IMG/VR virus record: IMGVR_UViG_3300045988_122351
Span: 1 to 33,663 of that record
Length of the DNA: 33,663 bases
Source: a virus
Lineage: Duplodnaviria > Heunggongvirae > Uroviricota > Caudoviricetes
Strand: one strand, 5' to 3'
In this document: piece after piece, positions 1 to 9,413 of the stretch
Layout: each line of letters starts with the position of its first letter
Numbering within the stretch: position 1 is the stretch's first letter
The notes under the pieces: model-generated
What the model was told of the DNA's origin: nothing
Seen by the model: only the letters and a program-made list of their open reading frames with translations
Database searches by the model: none
Translations under genes and position numbers: made by a program

Positions 1-65
1 GTTTCGCTGAAAAACATAACCCATAAAATGCTAGCTGTACCAGGAACCACCTCCTTAGCCTGTGT

Positions 66-92
66 AATCTCCCTTACACGGGCTTATTTTTT
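66..92. repeat. att core copy, ogr-proximal junction
   Basis: aatctcccttacacgggcttatttttt is the reverse complement of the P2 attP core AAAAAATAAGCCCGTGTAAGGGAGATT as I recall it; identical copy at 33570..33596. Confidence 0.85.
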
Positions 93-156
93 ACGCGTAA
101 CACAATGAAATAAAAGGATTTATTTCTGGTCACGTCCACACATTGACCACATCGAC

Positions 157-180
157 AAAAAAGCCCCTCGACTGAGGGGC
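157..180 (-). terminator. Rho-independent terminator downstream of ogr
   Basis: Stem gcccctc (163..169) / gaggggc (174..180) with 4-nt loop; on the minus strand it is followed by a T-run (complement of aaaaaa 157..162). Confidence 0.6.
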
Positions 181-193
181 TTCCTGTTTGTAA

Positions 194-412
194 TTACATC
201 CACATAATTTGCTGCCCTGACGGCAACGGGTGCGGTCTTACGGCGTGGACTTCTCCCGGCTTCACGATGTATCGCTGTACCGACTCATAAGTGATGAATG
301 TGGCGCTGCAATTCACGTTCTGACACTGGTGATAACGCTCTTTTGTCGTGTCAGTGATATAGCGGCTTGTACGCGCATGTGCGGCATGCTGGCATAAAGG
401 ACAATGAAACAT
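194..412 (-). CDS. ogr: Ogr, zinc-finger late-gene transcription activator (72 aa)
   Basis: ORF 194..475; start placed at internal Met (MFHCPLCQ...) to give 72 aa; C-x2-C ... C-x4-C zinc-binding pattern; cat at 410..412; last gene before att as in P2. Confidence 0.85.
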   Translation of the reverse strand: MFHCPLCQHAAHARTSRYITDTTKERYHQCQNVNCSATFITYESVQRYIVKPGEVHAVRPHPLPSGQQIMWM

Positions 413-493
413 CGCGAGCACCTCTTCCGGTTTTGTTGATGGTGCCATTTTAGTTAATTTATCCTTATAAAACAAACAGATAAATAAATTACA

Positions 494-1657
494 TCACTCA
501 TCATCTTCTGTTTCGTACTCCACATCAGAAAGCCTGACCTCAAGCTCTAAGGACGTCGTGAAGCCGCTATTATTCAGAAAATGTGTCACCTTAGTGATTG
601 TCCAGTCCTGCTCGTCTATGACGCGCTTAAAGCCTGATACTTTAACCGGTGTTTCCGTGTAAATATCAGCACGACCGGTAGCCAGGCTGATGGAGAACTC
701 CGCAACGCCCCGTTGCAGTTTATCCCACTTCGCCTGAGCGGCACGCATGGCCTGTGCTTTCGTGGCATATACCGTGGTCAGGGCAAAAACGTTGTCAGCC
801 TCACCGGCCATGTATTCACCTTCGCGCGCTTCCGGTACTTTTGGCGCTTTCTTCTGCCTGACCGGTTTTGCTTTCGGGTGCTCCAGTGCGCGCAGGTGTT
901 TTTCTTTCTTTTTGCGTTTCAGTTTTACCTTCTGCTTTTGCGGCTTCGGGTCTTTGGTGTGTAACCACTTTGCCGTTACGCCGGTATAGGCTCCACGGTC
1001 AGCAATCGCAAAATGATGGCGGTCGCCGTCGCTGCGGGTGATGGTGACCTGCGGGATTTTTTTACCGCTGGCCGTCACCCCCTGCCCCGCTTTGAGAAAC
1101 AACAGTTTTCCCATTTTTACCGACACCTCACCGCCGTTGCGTTCTGCAAGACGGGTCAGGAATTTCGCATCAGACTCCTGCGACTGGTCGATGTGCGGGA
1201 TTTTAATTCCGGCCAGTGACGGAGCGACACTGGCTTCCAGCCTGTTACGGGAGGCTATCGCCTCAACAATCGCACCGAGCGTGGTGTCATGCCAGGAGCC
1301 TTCCCGGCGGGAATTGAGCGTCCCGCGGAAATCTGCACTCCGGGCGCGGATGGTGACCACATCCGGCGCGCCCCGGTGTTCAACCTCATCAACGGTGAAT
1401 TTCCCTTTGCATACCAGGGCAAAACCTTTCCAGCCGATATACACCGTCAGGACAGCGCCACGAACCGGCAGCCCGACCTGCCCGTCGGCATCGTTCAGTT
1501 CAATATCAAGCTGGTCAGCTTCAAAGCCCCGGTTATCCGTCAGAGTCATGCTCATCAGACGGTCGCTGATATTGCCGGTAATATCCCTGCTGTCGAGCAT
1601 CAGCATGTAATCCGGCGTCAGCGTACTGCCTGCATCAAATGTCAGCGCATCCAGCAT
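494..1657 (-). CDS. D: Tail protein D (387 aa)
   Basis: 387-aa ORF in the P2 gpD position and of the P2 gpD length; synteny with U and T. Confidence 0.85.
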   Translation of the reverse strand: MLDALTFDAGSTLTPDYMLMLDSRDITGNISDRLMSMTLTDNRGFEADQLDIELNDADGQVGLPVRGAVLTVYIGWKGFALVCKGKFTVDEVEHRGAPDVVTIRARSADFRGTLNSRREGSWHDTTLGAIVEAIASRNRLEASVAPSLAGIKIPHIDQSQESDAKFLTRLAERNGGEVSVKMGKLLFLKAGQGVTASGKKIPQVTITRSDGDRHHFAIADRGAYTGVTAKWLHTKDPKPQKQKVKLKRKKKEKHLRALEHPKAKPVRQKKAPKVPEAREGEYMAGEADNVFALTTVYATKAQAMRAAQAKWDKLQRGVAEFSISLATGRADIYTETPVKVSGFKRVIDEQDWTITKVTHFLNNSGFTTSLELEVRLSDVEYETEDDE

Positions 1658-2136
1658 TATTCCGCCCCCGTCATCCCCGTGAATCTGGTCGCCAGACTAC
1701 CGGCCTTACCGATGAGCGACTCCGCCTGTTTACCGATATCGCCATAAAGCGCGGCCAGTGATTCATCAACGCGGGTGAGCGACAGCATAAAATCAATTTT
1801 TCGGGGTGTGCCGTCTGCAAAGAAAATACTCCCTGTTTCATTCACCTTGCTGATGACATACATACCGTAAATCATGCCGGTGCCATCCAGCAACGGCCAC
1901 GCCCGGCCTTCCTCTGCCATCAGTCTGAGCGTGGTCATCGTCAGCTTGCCGCCGGTCAGTTCGGGATAAAGCACACCGGCAAGCGTGATGTTTTCCTCGC
2001 CCACACCGAGAAACTGAAAGGCATCCCGTTTACCGATACGGGAATTTGACGGCCAGCGATAATCTGATTCACGCTGCATGGTCTGGTGTGGCAGCGTCTG
2101 GCGCATAAAAACAAACATACCTAACGCGAGCATCAT
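1657..2136 (-). CDS. U: Tail protein U (159 aa)
   Basis: 159-aa ORF between T and D; length and position match P2 gpU. Confidence 0.8.
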   Translation of the reverse strand: MMLALGMFVFMRQTLPHQTMQRESDYRWPSNSRIGKRDAFQFLGVGEENITLAGVLYPELTGGKLTMTTLRLMAEEGRAWPLLDGTGMIYGMYVISKVNETGSIFFADGTPRKIDFMLSLTRVDESLAALYGDIGKQAESLIGKAGSLATRFTGMTGAE

Positions 2137-2150
2137 TTTTCGTCACCTCC

Positions 2151-4598
2151 TTAACCGTCATGCATCATGCTGGCACGGGCGCGCGCACGTTTATCCCGCT
2201 CGTATTTTTCGAGCGCATCCTGTAACTGGCGGTCGAGCTGAGTCCCCGGCGCAGTACCGCCCGTCAGACTGATGTGATATTCGTTTTTACTCTGGTCCAC
2301 ATAAGAGCGGCCAGCCGGTGCCGTAACCGGCTGATAAGCCTGATAGCCTGCATAAGAGCTGGTCGCCGGAATATAACCACCGGTGCCATACGTGGCGGCA
2401 TGAGTTCTGGCGGCGGTCTGGTCAAGCGTGCCTGACTCTTTGTTGATAACACCGAGTTTTTCCAGTACCCAGTCAATACCGCTGCGCAGTTTGTTGAACG
2501 CATTAAGCGGCAGCATCAACGCGTCAGCCAGTGCCTGCCCGAACATGACGCCCGTATCACGGCAACGGTTCAGGGTGTCCCGGGTGGCTTTGACCGGGGC
2601 AATCAGGTTTTTAAACCACTGCCACGCGGCCTGTAACTTTTCGCCCAGCCAGTCAAACACCGGCTTAAGTGGCGTGAACAGTTCCCCCACCGGCGCAAAT
2701 GCCGCTTTCAGCCCTTCAACCACACCGCCAAAGAATGCGCTGACAGACTCCCAGTATTTACGGATAAGTAACGCCCCGGCGACAATGGCGGCCCCCACGG
2801 CCACAACCGGCCAGCTAATCGCCCCGATGGCCGTCACAACAGCACTGCCAACCGTCGTGAAGATTGCTCCCATTGCGCCTGCTGCCGCGATGATGGCATT
2901 GATGCCGGTGATAACCGGCCAGGCTACGAGGCCAATGGCACCGATGACACCAATCAGCGCCAGTGCACCACCGACAATGATGCCGATGGTTGACGCCAGT
3001 GATTTGTTTTTCTGTATCCAGCCGTCGAGTTTTAACACATACTTTGTGGCCGTCTGCGTGAGCTTACGCAGTGCGCCTTCCTGCTGGTCAAACAGGTCAG
3101 TCCCCACCGCCTCATAAGCGGACTGAAACTCCTTAAAGTCACCGCCGAGGTTGTCCTGCATGATATTTACCAGCTCGGCGGTCTTCCCGTCTGAGGCTTT
3201 AAACGCAGCGGTCAGTTTGTCCAGCTTTCCAGTTGAGGCGGCAGTCATCAGCACGGCGGCGGCTGAGCTGACCTCCTCCCCGAAAATAGTTTTCATGTAT
3301 TCAGCCTGCTGGGCAGTACCGAGCCGGTTTTTCTCAAAACTGGCCTGCATTTCTTTCAGAATGGTAAATACTGGTCGAGTATTCCCTTTACTGTCTGAGG
3401 TTTTCACGCCAAGCTCTTTCAGTGCATCCCATGCTTTTCCCGTCGGTGCCTGCAGGCGGCTTAACACGGCACGGCTCCCCGCCCCCGCCATTGAACCGGT
3501 AATTTTTGCATCATGCAGCGCCCCGACCATTGCGGCGGTTTCTTCAATGCTGACACCAGCATTTTTTGCCACAGGTGCGGCATAGGTCAGCGCATCGCTC
3601 ATGCCATCAAAATCGGCGGCGGTTTTGTTCATCGTCATGGAGAGAACATCCCCGATATGAGCGACCTTATCGTTTGAAAGCTGAAAGGCGGATTTCATCC
3701 CCATCAGCAGGGCGGCGTTTTCTTCCATCGTGCGACGGTTCGCCAGCGCCATATTCAGCGTGACCGGCGTTGCCGCCTGAATGGCATCAACATCCCCACC
3801 GGCTTTCGCAATAATAATCTGCGCACCGGCTGCATCATCTGCCGAGGCTGCGGTATTGTCGCCGAGCTGGCGCGCCTGCTTGCGTAGTGCAGCCATTTCG
3901 GCGGAGTCTTTTGCCACACCGAGCACAGCCTGCAATTCTGAGTTTTTCTGCGCAAACTCATAACCGGGCATCAGCAACTTAACTCCGGCCATCGTTCCCG
4001 CAGCAGCAATCCCCACACCGGCAGCGCCCACTGAGGCCATATTTCCGGCCAGTTCCTTTCCGGCCTGATAACGCTGTTTTACTGCGTTAAGTTTTGCCTG
4101 TTGTGCACTGACACGCGCCAGCGCGTCACGCTGACGGTTAAGCTGTGCGGTGGTTTCACTGATACGGTTTTTCAGTCCCTGCTCATCATGTGCAAGATTG
4201 CGGGTATTAATTCCCACAGCGGCCAGTTCCCGCTGCTGGCGTTTAATGGAATCTGTCAGGCGGTTATATTTCGCCTGTAAGTCCTCCGCCGCACGCTTTG
4301 CGGATTCCAGCACTTTCGCCTGAGCACGGGTCGGACGTTCAGTGTTTTTAAACTGTGTGGCAAGGGCTTCGGCTTCCTGCCGTGCCTTTTCAAGTGCATG
4401 ACCAGTCACGGCAAGCTGTGCGCTGGTCTTGCGAAATCCCTCAATACGGGATGCGTGACCGTTCAGCTCGCGCAGTGATTTTTGTGTTTCCCGGATATCC
4501 CCCGACAGCGACTTACTCGCTGTGCGGATGGATTTAAACGGGCGGGATGCCTGGTCAACAGCCCTGAGCAATACCTGTAATTTTACATTGTTACTCAT
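2151..4598 (-). CDS. T: Tail tape measure protein T (815 aa)
   Basis: 815-aa Ala/Gly-rich ORF with coiled-coil N-terminus and hydrophobic central stretch; directly downstream of E/E'. Confidence 0.9.
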   Translation of the reverse strand: MSNNVKLQVLLRAVDQASRPFKSIRTASKSLSGDIRETQKSLRELNGHASRIEGFRKTSAQLAVTGHALEKARQEAEALATQFKNTERPTRAQAKVLESAKRAAEDLQAKYNRLTDSIKRQQRELAAVGINTRNLAHDEQGLKNRISETTAQLNRQRDALARVSAQQAKLNAVKQRYQAGKELAGNMASVGAAGVGIAAAGTMAGVKLLMPGYEFAQKNSELQAVLGVAKDSAEMAALRKQARQLGDNTAASADDAAGAQIIIAKAGGDVDAIQAATPVTLNMALANRRTMEENAALLMGMKSAFQLSNDKVAHIGDVLSMTMNKTAADFDGMSDALTYAAPVAKNAGVSIEETAAMVGALHDAKITGSMAGAGSRAVLSRLQAPTGKAWDALKELGVKTSDSKGNTRPVFTILKEMQASFEKNRLGTAQQAEYMKTIFGEEVSSAAAVLMTAASTGKLDKLTAAFKASDGKTAELVNIMQDNLGGDFKEFQSAYEAVGTDLFDQQEGALRKLTQTATKYVLKLDGWIQKNKSLASTIGIIVGGALALIGVIGAIGLVAWPVITGINAIIAAAGAMGAIFTTVGSAVVTAIGAISWPVVAVGAAIVAGALLIRKYWESVSAFFGGVVEGLKAAFAPVGELFTPLKPVFDWLGEKLQAAWQWFKNLIAPVKATRDTLNRCRDTGVMFGQALADALMLPLNAFNKLRSGIDWVLEKLGVINKESGTLDQTAARTHAATYGTGGYIPATSSYAGYQAYQPVTAPAGRSYVDQSKNEYHISLTGGTAPGTQLDRQLQDALEKYERDKRARARASMMHDG

Positions 4599-5018
4599 TC
4601 GTGTTTCCGCTTCGCCGGAGCGCCTTTTCGCGCCATGTGATGAGTTCGGTCAGGCTCATGGGATACAGTTCTGATGGCGGCCAGTGAAATATCACTGCCA
4701 CATCCGCCATCAGGTCATCGACCGAGAGATTTTTCGGGAACGTTACTGCACCGAGTTCGGCGACAAAAAACCGACCACCTTACCGGCCAGCGCCACAAGG
4801 TCAGGCAGTTCCAGCGCGGCGACTTCCTGCTCGGTCAGCATCGGTGCCGTCATGCGCGGCAGCACCTTAATCAGTGCATCGACTTCGGAGTTCGCGACCG
4901 CAGCCAGACTGACACCGCGCAGCGTCCCGGCATTAGGTTTCATCAGCGTGACCTGTTCGATAACCTGCTCACCACGCTTGACCGGATTGTCCAGGGTAAT
5001 CACATTTTCTTTGTTCAT
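4591..5018 (-). CDS. E+E' tail assembly chaperone made by programmed -1 frameshift (142 aa predicted)
   Basis: Minus-strand heptamer T TTT TTG at 4770..4764 in the E zero frame; hand translation of the -1 frame runs 57 codons to TAA at 4593..4591, overlapping the T start; total 142 aa. Confidence 0.75.
4743..5018 (-). CDS. E: Tail assembly chaperone E (91 aa)
   Basis: 91-aa ORF between FII and T; contains the slippery site used for the E+E' frameshift. Confidence 0.85.
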   Translation of the reverse strand: MNKENVITLDNPVKRGEQVIEQVTLMKPNAGTLRGVSLAAVANSEVDALIKVLPRMTAPMLTEQEVAALELPDLVALAGKVVGFLSPNSVQ

Positions 5019-5074
5019 GGTTTTCTCACTTCTGAATCGGGGTTAACCGGTCAGCCAGGCTGACCGGATGAAAA

Positions 5075-5593
5075 TCACAGGCCGATATTGCGGCGGTGTT
5101 GCTCCAGCCGGTCGACGCCGTTCACCTTCTCAATCATGTTGATGGTGTCGATTTCGACCAGCGCCTTACCGTCCATCGTCAGCCGGAAATAGGTGCAGAC
5201 CACGGAGATTTTCGACTCGGTGTCTTCTCCCTGTTTGCCCTCGCCGGTGTCGATTTCTTTCTGACGTCCACGCATGACCACCTCGACGGCCACCGTTTCG
5301 CCGGTATCGTCGCGCTGGTAAGAGCCTGCAAAACGAATCGGTACGGAATCCACACCGGTTGCGGCGTAAAGCTCCCAGATAACCGAATCCGGGAAGCCAC
5401 CGAGCGACCACTCCATTGACAGCGCATCGTCATCAAGGCCGAGGTCTACCGGTGCGCTGCCGTTCATCCCCGCACCGCGATAGTTTTCGAGCTTACGGGT
5501 CAGTTTTGGTAGCGTGACGGACTTCGCGACGCCCTGATAGCTGTAGCCGTTCAGAAAGACGTTCATTAACTTGAGTTTGCGCGGCATTGCCAT
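5075..5593 (-). CDS. FII: Tail tube protein FII (172 aa)
   Basis: 172-aa ORF downstream of FI; length and position as in P2. Confidence 0.85.
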   Translation of the reverse strand: MAMPRKLKLMNVFLNGYSYQGVAKSVTLPKLTRKLENYRGAGMNGSAPVDLGLDDDALSMEWSLGGFPDSVIWELYAATGVDSVPIRFAGSYQRDDTGETVAVEVVMRGRQKEIDTGEGKQGEDTESKISVVCTYFRLTMDGKALVEIDTINMIEKVNGVDRLEQHRRNIGL

Positions 5594-5605
5594 CGGTCAG
5601 GCTCC

Positions 5606-6796
5606 TTAATTGCTGTTAACCGAGGTGACCAGATTTGCCAGGTATTTATCGGTAATACGCTGGCGCAGGGTCAGGTTTTCAAGAGGAGGCACCGGTGTAT
5701 AGTCGTAGTCGATATACAGTTTTCCGGCCTTGAGGGTTTCCGCATCGTTGGATTCTTCGCTGAACCAGCAGGTCGCATCCACGATATAGCCGTTTGTTTT
5801 CAGCTCACGGAATTTGGCATTGATGCCGTCAACGATGTCGCGAATCAGCGTTGCGGTGATGGGCTTGTCCACCGCCCACATGTGCGCCTCAGCCATCGTG
5901 TCGGCCATCACCTGCGCGGTGCGGGTGTAGTTTTCAAAGAGGAACAGCGGGTCATCAGAGCAGGTACGGTTACCCCAGAATCGGAAACCGTCGCGGCGAA
6001 TCAGCGTAGTGACGCCTGACTCGTTAAGCAGGTCAGCATCGGTGCCGGACTCCTGCAAATCCCAGAATACAGATGCGCTGATGCCGGTAACACCGTTTAC
6101 CCCGACGTTGGACAGCGTTTTATGCCAGCCCTGCTCCTGGTCGATTTTAGCGCGCAGACCCAGCGCACGGGCGGTGGCATACGCGGTGGCGGTGGTACTG
6201 GTGACCGTATCCCATGCGAGGAAATCCGGCCAGATGACCATCAGCTCACGCTGGCTGAAATTCTGGCGGTAGGCTTTCACCTCGGAAATGGTCTTACAGC
6301 CCCATGCGCTGATATATCCGAAAGCGCGCAGCTTCTGACAGACGGATGCCAGTGCAACAGCCACCTCTTTGGTATCCAGTCCCGGCACACCGAGAATACG
6401 CGGTTTAACACCGGTTACCGACTCCGCCGCCAGCAGGGCTTTTAGTCCGGTGTACTGACCGTTTTCGTCGGTGGTGCCGATGATATTGGAAACGGTCTGC
6501 GCGAGTTTCGTTTCCTCGTCATCACCGGTGCCGTCTTCCACGCGCACGACAACGGTGACCGGTTTTGACTGGTCAGCGATGGCCTGCAACGATGCCGCCA
6601 GCGTGCCTTTTTTACCGGCCTTTGCAATTGCGCTTTGCACATTGGTAATCAGCACCGGTTTATTGAGGGGGAAGGTTTCCGCATCCGCATCGCTGGCCGT
6701 GCAGACCATGCCGACAATGGCAGTGGATACGGTGGAAATGACGCGGGTGCCGTCGTTAATCTCCAGCACCTGCACGCCATGATGATAGTCACTCAT
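5606..6796 (-). CDS. FI: Contractile tail sheath protein FI (396 aa)
   Basis: 396-aa ORF heading the FI-FII-E-T-U-D operon. Confidence 0.9.
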   Translation of the reverse strand: MSDYHHGVQVLEINDGTRVISTVSTAIVGMVCTASDADAETFPLNKPVLITNVQSAIAKAGKKGTLAASLQAIADQSKPVTVVVRVEDGTGDDEETKLAQTVSNIIGTTDENGQYTGLKALLAAESVTGVKPRILGVPGLDTKEVAVALASVCQKLRAFGYISAWGCKTISEVKAYRQNFSQRELMVIWPDFLAWDTVTSTTATAYATARALGLRAKIDQEQGWHKTLSNVGVNGVTGISASVFWDLQESGTDADLLNESGVTTLIRRDGFRFWGNRTCSDDPLFLFENYTRTAQVMADTMAEAHMWAVDKPITATLIRDIVDGINAKFRELKTNGYIVDATCWFSEESNDAETLKAGKLYIDYDYTPVPPLENLTLRQRITDKYLANLVTSVNSN

Positions 6797-6893
6797 CCGT
6801 TTAACTCCGTGGTTAATGGGTGCAACTATTTTCTGTTGTGCAGAGCATAAGACGCTATTTGACCTGGCTGGTCAGTGGATGAAACAACAGATA

Positions 6894-6919
6894 AAGAAAA
6901 GGCGGGCAATTCGCCCGCC
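6894..6919 (-). terminator. Hairpin terminator between cargo island 1 and FI
   Basis: Stem ggcgggc (6901..6907) / gcccgcc (6913..6919), loop aattc; on the minus strand followed by TTTTCTTT. Confidence 0.5.
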
Positions 6920-6975
6920 TGTCCTGATTTGTACTCACTCATTTTCCGCCTGACAATTTACATAGCCCAAATGCT

Positions 6976-6998
6976 ATCAAATCTGACAGTCTGCTTTG
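6976..6998. repeat. Site A: atcaaatctgacagtctgctttg, one of three related putative recombination sites
   Basis: 21/23 identity with 9286..9308 (direct); 16/16 identity of 6980..6995 with the reverse complement of 9414..9429 (inverted). Confidence 0.7.
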
Positions 6999-7126
6999 AG
7001 CGAAAAGTGGACATTAGAGTTACAAAAGCAAGTTTAAATCATCCAAAATATTACAATGTCCTTATCTATCTGATATCGTTATGATAAAAAGCTCCTGAAT
7101 ATAATCGATAGTAGGTGGTTATTTCC

Positions 7127-7504
7127 ATGAAATCAATTTTAGAGGTTTTTACTCAAGGAAATACTAAAGAAAAACTGGCTGTTATCGCCGATCTCACAAC
7201 CATTGCGGGAATATCGATTGCAACTATTATTGCTGGTTTGTTAACCCTAGTTGCAAAAACAGATAAACTAGATATTGGAAATCTGTTTGGAGTTGTCATA
7301 ATATCTCTGCTCGGATTGGCTGGTGTTTGCTGTTTTGTGGCCTTATTTATTTGGGTTATAACCCAAATGTCTAAACCATGGGGAACACCTCGGGGGGTTC
7401 AGCCCTTAGTTAAGTGTGCTATTTCCCTTATCTTTATCTGTATGTTTTTACTGGCTGTCTTTACATTTTATGAGTTTATTTCTTCGATGAGCATACGCTA
7501 TTGA
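7127..7504 (+). CDS. Small AT-rich membrane protein, about 3 predicted TM helices (125 aa); function unknown
   Basis: ORF 7115..7504; start moved to ATG 7127 after SD-like taggtgg (7112..7118); long hydrophobic stretches; low GC. Confidence 0.6.
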   Translation: MKSILEVFTQGNTKEKLAVIADLTTIAGISIATIIAGLLTLVAKTDKLDIGNLFGVVIISLLGLAGVCCFVALFIWVITQMSKPWGTPRGVQPLVKCAISLIFICMFLLAVFTFYEFISSMSIRY

Positions 7505-7526
7505 ATATAAAATCAGCCCCCATAAC

Positions 7527-8111
7527 TTAAAAGAGACCTTCTATATCGACTTCAATGCCCAAATAACGGACTGTGCTTTCCAGTTTCTTATGGCCCAACA
7601 GAAGTTGGATCACCCGGAGACTCTTGGTTTTCTTGTAGATTAAGTAAGGTTTTGTTCTTCTCATGGAATGTGTGCTGTACAGCGAATCTTCGAGACCAAG
7701 CTTTTCTACCCACCCATGAAAAATTCGGTTGTATTGCCGGGTTGATATATGGTGGTTAGTTCCGACCCGAGAGCGGAACAGGAAGCCTTTACTATGCAAG
7801 TTGCCGAGCTTTATCAATGCAGTAACCGCTTCCCTTGTCCCTTTGGTTATCTCAAATTGGACAGGGCTGCCGGTTTTCTGTTGCAACACCGTTGCTCTGC
7901 TTGAGACAGAACTGCCATATGCAGCATCTGATACTTTGAGTTTGACCAAATCACAGCCCCGTAGCTTAGTGTCCAAAGCCATGTTGAACAGAGCTAGATC
8001 GCGTGTTTTACCTTCCAACTCAAGTCTAATCCGGATCCCCCAGATATGAGATATCTGAAGTGGCCTTTTTTGACCGATGGTACGGTCTTTATTCCACGGT
8101 GACGTTTTCAT
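7527..8111 (-). CDS. Small tyrosine site-specific recombinase, catalytic domain only, FimB/FimE-sized (194 aa)
   Basis: Motifs in order: LRGCDL (Arg), HSMRRT (H-x-x-R), LLGH, VRY (Tyr); parallels the FimE layout. Start set at ATG 8111 with AGGAG 8 nt upstream; the track's TTG at 8213 would give 228 aa. Confidence 0.7.
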   Translation of the reverse strand: MKTSPWNKDRTIGQKRPLQISHIWGIRIRLELEGKTRDLALFNMALDTKLRGCDLVKLKVSDAAYGSSVSSRATVLQQKTGSPVQFEITKGTREAVTALIKLGNLHSKGFLFRSRVGTNHHISTRQYNRIFHGWVEKLGLEDSLYSTHSMRRTKPYLIYKKTKSLRVIQLLLGHKKLESTVRYLGIEVDIEGLF

Positions 8112-8217
8112 ATTCAAATCTCCTGCAATGTGGGAGATTTGAGTATGGTTGTCTCTCAAGAGCGAAAATAAGTCAACTATCACTAGTTGTTGCGCATGTA
8201 CGTATTCTGTCAATTAA

Positions 8218-9060
8218 TTATTGACAATCATCAATTCTGGAATGATCAAAATCATCATATCGAATTATAGTCTGGTTGACTGTATCTATTGTTGGTGTCA
8301 TTTCTGTTATAATATCCTGATAACCTAAAGAGTTAAATACATTTACTAAGGCCTCACACCGAAGGGCCGTAGCAATTACAAAATTATAAATTGCCAGCCG
8401 TTTATTTTCTTGTTTAACTGCAAGAATGAATTCGATAGCAGTATTTTCATCACTTTGGATTGCATTATATAGAGATACTATATTTACCATATCATCAGAG
8501 AATGTATGTATTGAATCACAAAGGGGAACGTAATGGGCATGATAGTGTGTTTCCCAGCCAATTAATTCAAAAAGTTTTCTGGTTCCTGGATATTCAGGTG
8601 TATTTGGCCACAATCTATTAAATAGATCAGTTAGTTCTTTTCCCATGCGAATCCTTTCATTTGCTGCTGGATTAGTCATTCCTTTGGATTTTAAACACTC
8701 CAGCCACCGTTTTCCATTACTATGAACTAATTTCTTACTAGCCTTGAGTAATGCTTGTGCATTTTCGCCATCATCTATTGCTATATAAAATTGATTGGCA
8801 GCCTGTTCTATTATAACCCTAGCTAATACTTCCGATGCTGAAAAGGCTCCTATATTCAAAGAAGAGATAGCCTGATTACTAAGTTCATTCAGTACATTAA
8901 AGTACTGTAAGACCATCAATTTTTGTTCCACACCCTTTAGGTTGTCTATTTTATTTTTATGCTCCTCAAATTTTGCATGGATATATTTATTTATCGCGGC
9001 TATTTTTTTTACATCTTCGTCAAGATCAAACGGGCAACGTCCAAACAATTCTTTTTTCAT
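8218..9060 (-). CDS. Hypothetical protein (280 aa), His-rich patch ETHYHAHYVPLCDSIH; function unknown
   Basis: Clean 280-aa ORF, ATG at 9060 with AGGAG 6-7 nt upstream; AT-rich; immediately upstream of the recombinase on the same strand. Confidence 0.65.
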   Translation of the reverse strand: MKKELFGRCPFDLDEDVKKIAAINKYIHAKFEEHKNKIDNLKGVEQKLMVLQYFNVLNELSNQAISSLNIGAFSASEVLARVIIEQAANQFYIAIDDGENAQALLKASKKLVHSNGKRWLECLKSKGMTNPAANERIRMGKELTDLFNRLWPNTPEYPGTRKLFELIGWETHYHAHYVPLCDSIHTFSDDMVNIVSLYNAIQSDENTAIEFILAVKQENKRLAIYNFVIATALRCEALVNVFNSLGYQDIITEMTPTIDTVNQTIIRYDDFDHSRIDDCQ

Positions 9061-9285
9061 ATATTTCTCCTGTTGTACAAGCTTCCATACGTTGGCAGAT
9101 TATACACTGAAGATTACCTATAAATAGCTGTGCGGGATAGCAGATCAGTGCAAGAAGTACAACCAAGTGAACTGTGCGTATTCAGATACCTGGCCTAACG
9201 TTCGCGATAGCCGTCCCCTGCACGAAGCCATATATTAGATGTATTAGCTCAGACCTTATCTGACAGGTTGAGTAGGTAGAATCTA

Positions 9286-9308
9286 ATCAAAGCTGACAGT
9301 CTGGTTTG
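9286..9308. repeat. Site B: atcaaagctgacagtctggtttg, direct copy of site A
   Basis: 21/23 match to 6976..6998; a partial copy atctgacag lies 27 bp upstream at 9258..9266. Confidence 0.7.
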
Positions 9309-9413
9309 GACTGTGAGTTCAACTGATGGATGCAACACACAGCGATCTACGGACATTACTAGCATAGCTGTGTATTAATCATCGGGAAGCAGGTCAGTCC
9401 GCTCCTAGCACAG

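Noticed and set aside
194-475. 93-aa extended Ogr
   Set aside because: The first 21 codons reach toward the D stop; the internal Met gives the 72-aa zinc-finger protein expected for Ogr.
713-1747. Plus-strand ORFs (713..964, 747..989, 1013..1219, 1038..1610, 1289..1747) overlapping gene D
   Set aside because: They lie antisense to a well-supported conserved structural gene, have no RBS context and odd low-complexity composition; typical shadow ORFs of a GC-rich gene.
2428-3585. Plus-strand ORFs 2428..3117 and 3151..3585 inside the tape measure gene
   Set aside because: Antisense to T; Ala/Ser/Pro-rich shadow frames of a repetitive GC-rich gene.
6797-6900. Exact Ogr-binding sites (TGT-N12-ACA) for the late promoters upstream of FI, V and O/P
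   Set aside because: Late promoters must lie in these gaps by synteny, but I could not find convincing TGT-N12-ACA matches by eye, so no specific sites are reported.
6875-7084. 69-aa plus-strand ORF in the FI-to-cargo intergenic region
   Set aside because: Spans the terminator hairpin and site A, has no RBS, and looks like a noncoding regulatory region.
8112-8213. TTG-initiated 228-aa version of the recombinase
   Set aside because: The TTG has no SD; ATG 8111 has AGGAG at ideal spacing and gives a FimB/E-like size. The longer form cannot be excluded.
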